Origin: Pseudobdellovibrionaceae bacterium
GTDB lineage: Bacteria; Bdellovibrionota; Bdellovibrionia; Bdellovibrionales; Bdellovibrionaceae
Length of the DNA stretch: 10,477 nt
Direction of reading: 5' to 3'
Assembly (NCBI GenBank): GCA_041288045.1
Contig: JBGGMM010000015.1
Location: 1-10,477 of the forward strand
Part shown: piece by piece, positions 1 through 6,658 of the stretch
How the letters are laid out: every line of letters starts with the position of its first letter
Position numbering within the stretch: the stretch's first letter is position 1
Translations under genes and position numbers: made by a program
Notes under the pieces: model-generated
Told to the model about the DNA's origin: nothing
Databases searched by the model: none
The model's input: only the letters and a program-made list of their open reading frames with translations

Positions 1-1
1 T

Positions 2-334
2 TTGAAAAGCAAACATCACCTGACTGATGCGCAAATCCAAGCCATGAGAGACGGCGGCCTGACCTACCCGCAAATGGCCATGGCCTCTCGACTTTCAGAA
101 AAATCCGGAAAGACAGTCGATGACATCCTGAAAATGCGCAATGATGAAAACATGGGCTGGGGGAAAATCGCCAAAGAACTGGGGATTTCACCAAAAGAAA
201 TCGGCCAATCGGTGGCTGCGCTTCGACACGAAATCCATATGGATCGAAAAATTGCTAAAGCCGAGCGGCAAGAAACTCGTCGAGCTGAAAAAGCCGCGAA
301 AAAAGCCGAGCGCATGGGCAAAAAAAATCACTGA
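2..334 (+). CDS. Hypothetical protein, C-terminal part (5'-truncated by window edge)
   Basis: Frame open from the window edge to TGA 332-334. Protein-like helical sequence with an MGWGKIAKELGISP helix-turn-helix-like motif and a Lys/Arg/Ala/Glu-rich tail. True start is probably upstream. Confidence 0.8.
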   Translation: MKSKHHLTDAQIQAMRDGGLTYPQMAMASRLSEKSGKTVDDILKMRNDENMGWGKIAKELGISPKEIGQSVAALRHEIHMDRKIAKAERQETRRAEKAAKKAERMGKKNH

Positions 335-363
335 CCTTTAGCATTTGACAGCTTGCCTTGACG

Positions 364-404
364 ATCTCCTCTTTCGCACCAAAATAGAAAGAGGAGATTT
401 TTTT
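364..404 (+). terminator. Intrinsic-terminator-like hairpin overlapping the trxC RBS
   Basis: Perfect 12-bp inverted repeat ATCTCCTCTTTC (364-375) / GAAAGAGGAGAT (387-398), 11-nt loop, T7 run 398-404, about 30 nt after the upstream stop. Confidence 0.65.
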
Positions 405-836
405 ATGGCCACCACACTCACCATCTGCCCCAAGTGCGACACTCTCAATCGGATTCAATCCGAATCCGCTCTGCAAAAAACCCCAACCTGTGGAAAGTGC
501 AAAGCCGAACTCCAGTTACATGGCTTGGCTTCTCAAGTCAGCGCTCGCAATCTCAAGCGTATTTTAGCAAAAGCAGAGCAACCAGTGATCGTCGATTTCT
601 GGGCCAGCTGGTGCATGCCCTGCAAAGCCTACACCCCGACATTCGAAAGAGCTTCCACCACCAACACCAACGCCATTTTTCTGAAGGTCAACACCGAAGC
701 CGATCCTCAACTGAGCGCTGAACTGGGAATCCGCGGAATCCCCACCACCATCGTCTTTAAAAATGGCAAAGAATCCCTGAGACAACCAGGAGCTTTGCCA
801 GAAGAAATGATTTCGCAGATGCTGAGATCCGTGTGA
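405..836 (+). CDS. trxC: Thioredoxin 2 (TrxC type, N-terminal zinc finger), 143 aa
   Basis: Start reassigned to ATG 405, preceded by GAGGAG at 391-396. CPKC...CGKC zinc-finger pair, VDFWASWCMPC active site, GIRGIPT cis-Pro loop and FKNGKE. Confidence 0.9.
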   Translation: MATTLTICPKCDTLNRIQSESALQKTPTCGKCKAELQLHGLASQVSARNLKRILAKAEQPVIVDFWASWCMPCKAYTPTFERASTTNTNAIFLKVNTEADPQLSAELGIRGIPTTIVFKNGKESLRQPGALPEEMISQMLRSV

Positions 837-837
837 T

Positions 838-2652
838 TTACTGAACCCGTGTCGGACTTTTGATTTTCTTCTCTGATTCGATCCATGCATTCATCTTGGC
901 CTCAAGAACTCCCATTGGAAGCGAGCCAGAGCCCAAGGCTTGATCATGAAATTTGCGAATATCAAAACGATCTCCGAGAGCCAGCTTGGCTTTTTGCCTG
1001 AGCTCTTTAAATTTAAGCTCCCCGATTTTATAAGCGAGAGCCTGTCCAGCACTGGCAATGTAGCGGTCAGTTTCTGATTTGATTTCTGTCTCTTCAAAAG
1101 GACCATTGTCCCTAAAGTACTGCATGACTTGATCACGACTCCAACCTTTGGAATGAAGACCTGTATCCACAACCAAGCGAATCGCTCTCCACATTTCCAT
1201 CATCAACTGACCGTACTTCGAGTAGGGATCTTTATAAACCCCAAGCTCCTCGCCTAAGCTTTCAGCGTAAAGTCCCCAACCTTCGCTGAAAGCCGTCGAC
1301 CAGAAAGAATTTCGAAATCTTGGAAATCCAGTGATTTCCTGAGCCAAAGCAATTTGCAAATGATGACCCGGAACAGCCTCATGAAGTGTGAGGGCTTCCA
1401 TTTTCCATTTGTGTCTCGATTTGAGATCATAGGTATTGGCTTCAAAATACCCAGCCCTGCCATTCTCTAGGCTACCATTCAGATAATAGGCTCCTGGCCC
1501 CGAGGTGGCCTTATAAAGCGGCATCTCGCGGACTCCATAGGTCAACCGCGGAAGACGTCCAAAGAGCCGTGGAAGCTCTGGATCCACTCGCTTAGAAATC
1601 TCGCGAAAACCAAAAATCAATTCATCCGCGCTCTTGGCGATAAACTGAGAATCTGTCTTCATGAATTGATCAAATTCTTTGAGCGATTTTTTAAATCCCA
1701 CCTTTTGTCGAATCAAATCCATTTCACCGCGAATTCTCGCCACTTCTTGCAATCCCAATTGATGAATTTCATCGGGACTCATTTTTGTGGTGGTGTGAAA
1801 TTGCGCCTTATACTGATACCACGCCTTGCCATTCGGAAGCGAACTCCAAGCCACATCTTCCCGAGCATGCGGCATGTACTCGGTCTTAAAATATTGTTGA
1901 AGCCTTTGAAGCGCCGGCATTGTTTTGGTGCGAATCACCTCTTGAGCCTGCATTTGTAGTTTCGTCTTTTCTTCAGCTGGAACATCCAATTGAATTTCCT
2001 GAAAGCTTTCATAGAGGGGATTTTTAGAAAAGTCCGTGCTCAGCAAAGCTTCGAACTGACTGGGGACAGTGGCCAAGACCACTTTGGGCGGCATCACTTG
2101 TCGCTTGAGGCCCTCTTTCAAAAGCACCAAAATCTGGTCCACTTGGGTGGGAACTTTTGCCAAGCGTGACAGCCGATCCTGATAATCTTTTAGCGTCAGG
2201 CGCGGTTGCGCCAAAAGCACACCCGCAATTTCTTGCTGAATCCCATCCATTTGATGGATCGGCAGAAACTCATCAGGAAACTGAAACGATTCAACCGATC
2301 GATCGGTCTGAAATTTGAAAAGGCCGAAAGTCACAGCATCTTCGCCTTTCAAATTCTTTCTGGGGACTTGATTGAGAACTTTCTGCAAAGATCGAGTTTC
2401 CTCTCTTCTTTGCTCGATCGCTGCCAGTGATAGATCCGAGAGCTGATCATTCAAACCCGGATAGCCTTCATAAGTCGCCCACTCGGGAGAGTTGTGCATC
2501 GACCAATCCCAAGACATTTGATAGAGCTTTTCCAATCGCTTCGGCAAAGGCCCTGTCGATTTCGACCAATCGTTTAGTTTTTTTTCAAAATCCGTCATGG
2601 CAATCGCGGAAAAAGAAAAGAAAAACAAAACTGTGGCTAGCATCAGTTTCAT
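838..2652 (-). CDS. DUF885 family exported protein (putative zinc metallopeptidase-like)
   Basis: 604 aa with Sec-type signal peptide (MKLMLATVLFFFSFSAIA). Family motifs EIHQLGLQEV, HEAVPGHHLQ, EGWGLYAE, WRAIRLVVDTGLH, GQALAYKIG and FDIRKFHD. AGGAG RBS. Confidence 0.92.
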   Translation of the reverse strand: MKLMLATVLFFFSFSAIAMTDFEKKLNDWSKSTGPLPKRLEKLYQMSWDWSMHNSPEWATYEGYPGLNDQLSDLSLAAIEQRREETRSLQKVLNQVPRKNLKGEDAVTFGLFKFQTDRSVESFQFPDEFLPIHQMDGIQQEIAGVLLAQPRLTLKDYQDRLSRLAKVPTQVDQILVLLKEGLKRQVMPPKVVLATVPSQFEALLSTDFSKNPLYESFQEIQLDVPAEEKTKLQMQAQEVIRTKTMPALQRLQQYFKTEYMPHAREDVAWSSLPNGKAWYQYKAQFHTTTKMSPDEIHQLGLQEVARIRGEMDLIRQKVGFKKSLKEFDQFMKTDSQFIAKSADELIFGFREISKRVDPELPRLFGRLPRLTYGVREMPLYKATSGPGAYYLNGSLENGRAGYFEANTYDLKSRHKWKMEALTLHEAVPGHHLQIALAQEITGFPRFRNSFWSTAFSEGWGLYAESLGEELGVYKDPYSKYGQLMMEMWRAIRLVVDTGLHSKGWSRDQVMQYFRDNGPFEETEIKSETDRYIASAGQALAYKIGELKFKELRQKAKLALGDRFDIRKFHDQALGSGSLPMGVLEAKMNAWIESEKKIKSPTRVQ

Positions 2653-2686
2653 GACAACTCCTTTGAAGTTTTTAAAATCAAGAGGC

Positions 2687-3091
2687 TTAAACGAATTCGC
2701 CCTTCATGATCATGGCTTCACCCTTCACGCAAGTTTCACCGGATTGCTTTTTCACGACTGTTTCAATCGAAGCAATTCCTTTTTCGACACGCAAAGAGGC
2801 CACATGAAGTTCAATTTGAATCACATCATCAATAAAAACCGGTTGAAGAAACTTCAGATTTTGCGAAAGGTAGATGCCGCCAGAACCAAGCTCCATGGCA
2901 AGAGCTCTGGAAATCAGAGCTCCGCAAATCATGCCGTGAGCGATTCTTCGACCAAAACGGGTGTTCTTGGCGTACTCATCGTCCAAATGAATAGGATTAA
3001 AATCACCGGACATTTCAGCAAACTGCCGAACCATTTTATCAGTGACCTGAACAGTGACTATTTTGCGATCGCCAACTTTAAAGTCGCCCAT
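2687..3091 (-). CDS. MaoC family dehydratase / (R)-specific enoyl-CoA hydratase (hotdog fold)
   Basis: Hydratase motif FAEMSGDFNPIHLD...FGRRIAHG, plus SQNLKFLQPVFIDD. RBS GGGGAGG. Confidence 0.92.
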   Translation of the reverse strand: MGDFKVGDRKIVTVQVTDKMVRQFAEMSGDFNPIHLDDEYAKNTRFGRRIAHGMICGALISRALAMELGSGGIYLSQNLKFLQPVFIDDVIQIELHVASLRVEKGIASIETVVKKQSGETCVKGEAMIMKGEFV

Positions 3092-3117
3092 CGAATCCTC
3101 CCCGCGAAAAAAACCTA

Positions 3118-4449
3118 TTAAAGTATATTCGCAGCGAGTTCTGCAAGCGCTGATCGCTCCCCTTTCGTCAATGTGACATGGGCCGCAATCGGTTGGCCTT
3201 TGAATCTTTCGACAGCATAAGTCAAACCGCTGTTCGCCGAATCCACATAGGGATTGTCGATCTGGTAAATATCGCCAGTCAGGACCACTTTGGTGCCACT
3301 GCCGGCTCGAGTGATAATCGTTTTAATTTCGTGTGGAGTGAGATTTTGCGCTTCATCGACGATCAAGTACTGCTTCGGAATGCTTCGACCCCGAATGTAA
3401 GTCAGGGGCTCAATATTCAGCATCCCTTGATTGATCAATTCTTGAGCACGACCGGCAGCTTTTTTATCAGCTCCCATCAAAAATTCCACATTGTCAAAAA
3501 TCGGCTGCATCCAAGGATTTAATTTCTGCTCAATATCCCCAGGCAGATAACCAATATCACGGCCCATTGGGAAAATGGGACGGCTCACGAGCAATCTTTG
3601 AAAGCGGCCCTCATCCAAGGTTTTGTGAAGACCAGCAGCAATTGCCAAAAGAGTTTTGCCTGTTCCGGCTTTACCCACCAATGAGACAAAAAGAATTTCG
3701 TCATTGAGAAGGCAGTCCATTGCAAAAGACTGCTCGACATTTCTGGCATGAATTCCCCAGATGTTGTCAGTGCCACTGAAAAGCGGGACAATGGCCTGCT
3801 CGGCCGCCGAGTAGCGGCCGATGGCACTGTGATTGGGATTGCTCGCGTCTTTCATGATCAAATACTGATTGGCGTGAAGTTTCACTTCAGGCACAAATCT
3901 TTTTTCTTTGTAAAAGCTATCGATTTTTTCCGGAGAAAGCTCGAGCTCTTGATAGCCTTCGTAAAGATCTTCATCAGAAAGCCCATCGGGCTCATAATCT
4001 GTCGCAGTCACCCCCAGGACATCAGCTTTGATTCGCAAATTGATGTCTTTGGTGATCAGCTCCACTTTGATGCGAGGAAACTGCTTTTGCAGAAAAATCG
4101 CTGTTCCCAAAATTCGATTGTCGGCCTTTTCAGTGTTGAATTCGGCTGGAAGCCCGGCCACGGAAAAATCAGCATTGATATGAACAGTACTTTCGGAATT
4201 GTCGAGCTGAACGCCTTCTGCCAAGGAACCTTTTTCTCTGAGCATGTCGACAAAGCGAGAGAACTGTCGGGCGTTTCGGCCGTTTTCACCTGGATCTCGT
4301 TTGAATCGATCCACTTCTTCGATGACTGAAATCGGGATGTGAATGTCAGCTTCTTTGAATTTCATCAATGCCAAGGCATCGAACAAAATCACGTTGGTAT
4401 CGAGAACTACTTTGCGCCGCTTGTTTTTGGAAGCTGTGGAACTAGCCAA
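3118..4449 (-). CDS. PhoH2/YlaK-type protein: N-terminal PIN nuclease domain plus C-terminal PhoH ATPase/RNA helicase
   Basis: PIN motifs VLDTNV, VIEEVD, ADNRIL and TKDINLRIKA. PhoH motifs GKAGTGKT (Walker A), RDIGYLPG, YIRGRSI, DEAQN, TGDIYQID and ERSALA. TTG start with GGAGGG RBS. Confidence 0.95.
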   Translation of the reverse strand: MASSTASKNKRRKVVLDTNVILFDALALMKFKEADIHIPISVIEEVDRFKRDPGENGRNARQFSRFVDMLREKGSLAEGVQLDNSESTVHINADFSVAGLPAEFNTEKADNRILGTAIFLQKQFPRIKVELITKDINLRIKADVLGVTATDYEPDGLSDEDLYEGYQELELSPEKIDSFYKEKRFVPEVKLHANQYLIMKDASNPNHSAIGRYSAAEQAIVPLFSGTDNIWGIHARNVEQSFAMDCLLNDEILFVSLVGKAGTGKTLLAIAAGLHKTLDEGRFQRLLVSRPIFPMGRDIGYLPGDIEQKLNPWMQPIFDNVEFLMGADKKAAGRAQELINQGMLNIEPLTYIRGRSIPKQYLIVDEAQNLTPHEIKTIITRAGSGTKVVLTGDIYQIDNPYVDSANSGLTYAVERFKGQPIAAHVTLTKGERSALAELAANIL

Positions 4450-4452
4450 TTG

Positions 4453-4540
4453 AAAGTCCCTCCGTTGACAAATTGAATAGTGAATACCAGCCCTCTCATG
4501 GACTGGCCCTTCGTCTATTCGACAACAGTTGAAAGACTCT
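4453..4540 (-). promoter_or_regulatory. Long SD-sequestering stem-loop in the pilZ-phoH2 intergenic mRNA
   Basis: Nested helices on the minus strand: AGAGUCUUUC/GAGGGACUUU (10 bp, contains the SD), UGUUG/CAACG, GAAUAG/CUAUUC, GAA/UUC and GCCAGUCC/GGGCUGGU with loop AUGAGA. The G-U pairs form only on the minus strand. Confidence 0.6.
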
Positions 4541-4545
4541 GTCTA

Positions 4546-5061
4546 TTAGGAATTGATGTTAGAAACCAGGATATCGCCTTTGTCGTGCTTCAAAGATGCA
4601 CTGACATTTTCGATGAATTTGATGAAATGATGGAGCGCAACATCATTGATCGTCCCGCCGACGAACTCGCAGCCGTGGCGATGCACTTCTTCGTCTTGAA
4701 CATCGGTGATGTGCTTCACTCTCACAACGAATGGAAAGTAAGTCTGGTGATTCAAGTAAACTCGCATGGCAACTTCTTCGCCAACCTGGAAATGCCCCTT
4801 GCGGAAGTCAATATCAAAGGCGAGACCGTTCTCATTGACATTGAAGAGGGCCACTTTCATCAATCCCATGCCAGGAACCACAGTGTGAACGGCAATGAAT
4901 TCGGTCAGGATGGTTCGGCGAACCTGGCGTCGATCCTGGTTCACCACTTCGGTTCTGATTTCAGTGATATCCACAACAGAAGCTTCGTGATTCTCAATAG
5001 TTGTCTGGTTAGAAGCTGACTTGGCTTTTGACCGGGATCGAAAATCAATCACGTCACCCAT
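4546..5061 (-). CDS. PilZ domain protein (putative c-di-GMP receptor)
   Basis: RxxxR motif (QDRRQVRR) followed by NVNENG, a variant of [DN]xSxxG. Beta-rich domain ending in HGCEF...LHHFI. AGGGGG RBS and tandem stops TAA TAG. Confidence 0.8.
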   Translation of the reverse strand: MGDVIDFRSRSKAKSASNQTTIENHEASVVDITEIRTEVVNQDRRQVRRTILTEFIAVHTVVPGMGLMKVALFNVNENGLAFDIDFRKGHFQVGEEVAMRVYLNHQTYFPFVVRVKHITDVQDEEVHRHGCEFVGGTINDVALHHFIKFIENVSASLKHDKGDILVSNINS

Positions 5062-5091
5062 TTAGAACCCCCTGTTAAAGGCACTCTTTTC

Positions 5092-5118
5092 TTATCGGCG
5101 GAAAATGTTTCATCTTTA
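5092..5118 (-). promoter_or_regulatory. Sigma28 (FliA) promoter for the pilZ operon
   Basis: Minus strand TAAA-gatgaaacattttcc(15 nt)-GCCGATAA is an exact match to the TAAA-N15-GCCGATAA consensus, 30 nt upstream of the pilZ ATG. Confidence 0.88.
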
Positions 5119-5129
5119 GCCGTTATCGG

Positions 5130-5158
5130 TTGAAGGGCCTTTCAAATCGTCCTAAATT
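5130..5158 (+). promoter_or_regulatory. Candidate sigma70 promoter for the tonB-like gene, with an overlapping palindrome
   Basis: TTGAAG(5130-5135)-N17-TAAATT(5153-5158). Near-perfect palindrome TTGAAgGGCCtTTCAA at 5130-5145. Confidence 0.4.
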
Positions 5159-5168
5159 GGTGCATAAG

Positions 5169-6050
5169 ATGCGGGTTTTACAGGGAATTCTCCTTAGTTT
5201 ATTCCTCCACTTCCTTTTGGTGTGGAGTTCGCAGTTTGCTCCTTTGCTTGCAGCTAAATTGGAGTCCGAAGCCATTACGGTCGAGATTCTGGATGAGAAA
5301 AAATCTCAAAATGAAACACAGAAGCAAATCGTTCGTGACACCAATGTCCCTGACGAAGTCAAAGCTCCTGAATCAGAGAATCCAGCTGATTTTTTGTCAG
5401 CTCACACGCAGCGGGTGAAAAAGCAAACTCAAGCCGCAGTCAGCGGAATGACACAAAATCGAGACGGTCAAACATCGCCCGAAGAGAGCAAAAGAGAAAA
5501 TCGGCCCCAACAAAACTCTTCTCAGAAATCTGATCCGCGGTTCCCGGGAGGGCTTGAAGCATTCACACCCAAATACCGGACGGCCCCTTCGCTCCCGCAA
5601 GAGCCTAGCCAGGATCAAGGCCTTTCGACAATCGGCGAAGCACTTCCGAATGACATTGCAGTGGGTTCATTCACAGCTCTCAATACGGATCGCTATTTGT
5701 ATTACTCTTTTTTCGCGCGAATTGAGGAAATGATCCGTTTTCGCTGGGAATCCGCAGTTCGCGACGCGATTGATTCGACCCCAACAGAACGATTGAGTCA
5801 GAACGTCTCTGGGATTTGGACGACACAAATGGAAGTGTGGCTAAAGCCCAATGGCGAAGTCCATTCAACGCATGTGATGAAAGGGGCCGGCTTGAAACGC
5901 TTTGATCTGGCGGCAACCCAGTCCTTTATTCAAGCTCGGATGTTCCCCAACCCGCCCAAAGAAATGGTCGAGTCCGATGGCCTGATCAAATTGAAATATT
6001 CTTTCCAAGTTCGCTACGAGCCGAAAGTCTTAGTGAAGTCCAGCGACTGA
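5169..6050 (+). CDS. TonB/TolA-like energy transducer (N-terminal TM anchor, disordered linker, TonB C-terminal-like domain), 293 aa
   Basis: Start reassigned to ATG 5169, which puts the TM helix at the N-terminus. The helix carries SxxxH (SLFLH). Polar Q/S/P/E/K linker. C-terminal LKPNGEV...GAGLKRFDLAA...FPNPP resembles TonB_C/TolA-III. Confidence 0.78.
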   Translation: MRVLQGILLSLFLHFLLVWSSQFAPLLAAKLESEAITVEILDEKKSQNETQKQIVRDTNVPDEVKAPESENPADFLSAHTQRVKKQTQAAVSGMTQNRDGQTSPEESKRENRPQQNSSQKSDPRFPGGLEAFTPKYRTAPSLPQEPSQDQGLSTIGEALPNDIAVGSFTALNTDRYLYYSFFARIEEMIRFRWESAVRDAIDSTPTERLSQNVSGIWTTQMEVWLKPNGEVHSTHVMKGAGLKRFDLAATQSFIQARMFPNPPKEMVESDGLIKLKYSFQVRYEPKVLVKSSD

Positions 6051-6079
6051 TTTCACAGTCATTGCATCGTCAATTCCAG

Positions 6080-6088
6080 TGCTAAAAT
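6080..6088 (+). promoter_or_regulatory. Extended -10 promoter (TGnTAAAAT) predicting a leaderless transcript
   Basis: TGCTAAAAT at 6080-6088, 6 nt before ATG 6095. No SD-like sequence in the spacer. Confidence 0.55.
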
Positions 6089-6094
6089 AAGAAA

Positions 6095-6658
6095 ATGCGA
6101 AATTTCATTTTCTCATTTCTCATCATCTTCTCAGGCCCGTTGGCTCTGGCTTTGCAGACTGAGCTCGGCATCAACTACAACTATAAAAAATCGGCATTTG
6201 ATGGCGACAACAACACCGAGCAGCAGTCGGCAACTGGCTCGATCTCATTTTACTTTTGGGAAAAAGTGGCACTTGAACTGAGCTACACAAATGGCCTCTA
6301 TGTGAAAAAGGAAAAACAACCGACCACGGATGCCAAACTGCGAACGACCACTCAATACACGGATGTGTATGGAATGGACCTGATTTATATTCTTTCGGAT
6401 CGAAAAGCAATTTTTCAGCCCTATATCAAAGGTGGAGTGGCCCAAGTCCGAGTCAAACAAGTCGTTCAAGATGATGGAGCCAACCCGTGGGATCTCACTT
6501 ACCAGGGCCTTTCCCCAAGCTATGGCATTGGCTTTAAGTTCTTTCTCACTGAGGCTTTTGCCTTGCGAGCCAGTTACGACGGAATCCAAACCCCGACCAA
6601 CAATGACACAAAAATTAACGACATCACAGGACGCGTGGGCGTCTCATGGATCTTCTAA
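6095..6658 (+). CDS. Small outer-membrane beta-barrel protein (OmpA/OmpW-like, probably 8-stranded)
   Basis: Signal peptide ending ALA. Alternating amphipathic strands (QPYIKGGV, YGIGFKFFL, ALRASY). C-terminal VGVSWIF with terminal Phe, a BAM-type signal. Confidence 0.88.
   Translation: MRNFIFSFLIIFSGPLALALQTELGINYNYKKSAFDGDNNTEQQSATGSISFYFWEKVALELSYTNGLYVKKEKQPTTDAKLRTTTQYTDVYGMDLIYILSDRKAIFQPYIKGGVAQVRVKQVVQDDGANPWDLTYQGLSPSYGIGFKFFLTEAFALRASYDGIQTPTNNDTKINDITGRVGVSWIF

Noticed and set aside
345..404. Longer TTG start for trxC, and TTGACA at 345-350 as a -35 box
   Set aside because: ATG 405 has a proper SD and gives a typical TrxC N-terminus. There is no -10 box at 16-18 nt from the TTGACA.
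838..2652. DUF885 plus PIN-PhoH as an anti-phage defence island
   Set aside because: No mobility genes, obvious compositional shift or known defence genes. The context looks like core chromosome.
2656..2685. Weak hairpin overlapping the DUF885 SD (CCU-C-UUGA/UCAA-AGG)
   Set aside because: Only about 7 bp, bulged and AU-rich, which is within chance expectation.
4450..4540. Direct repeat TTGAAAGtCcCT / TTGAAAGaCtCT (4450-4461, 4529-4540) as a CRISPR repeat end or insertion scar
   Set aside because: Only two short imperfect copies, with no array, cas gene or transposase. They overlap the SD/anti-SD arms.
2597..5019. Plus-strand ORFs of 174, 114, 193 and 179 aa
   Set aside because: Antisense shadows of maoC, phoH2 and pilZ, with no recognisable motifs.
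5130..5168. TTG start at 5130 for the TonB-like ORF
   Set aside because: No RBS, and the extension overlaps promoter elements. ATG 5169 puts the TM helix at the N-terminus as expected.
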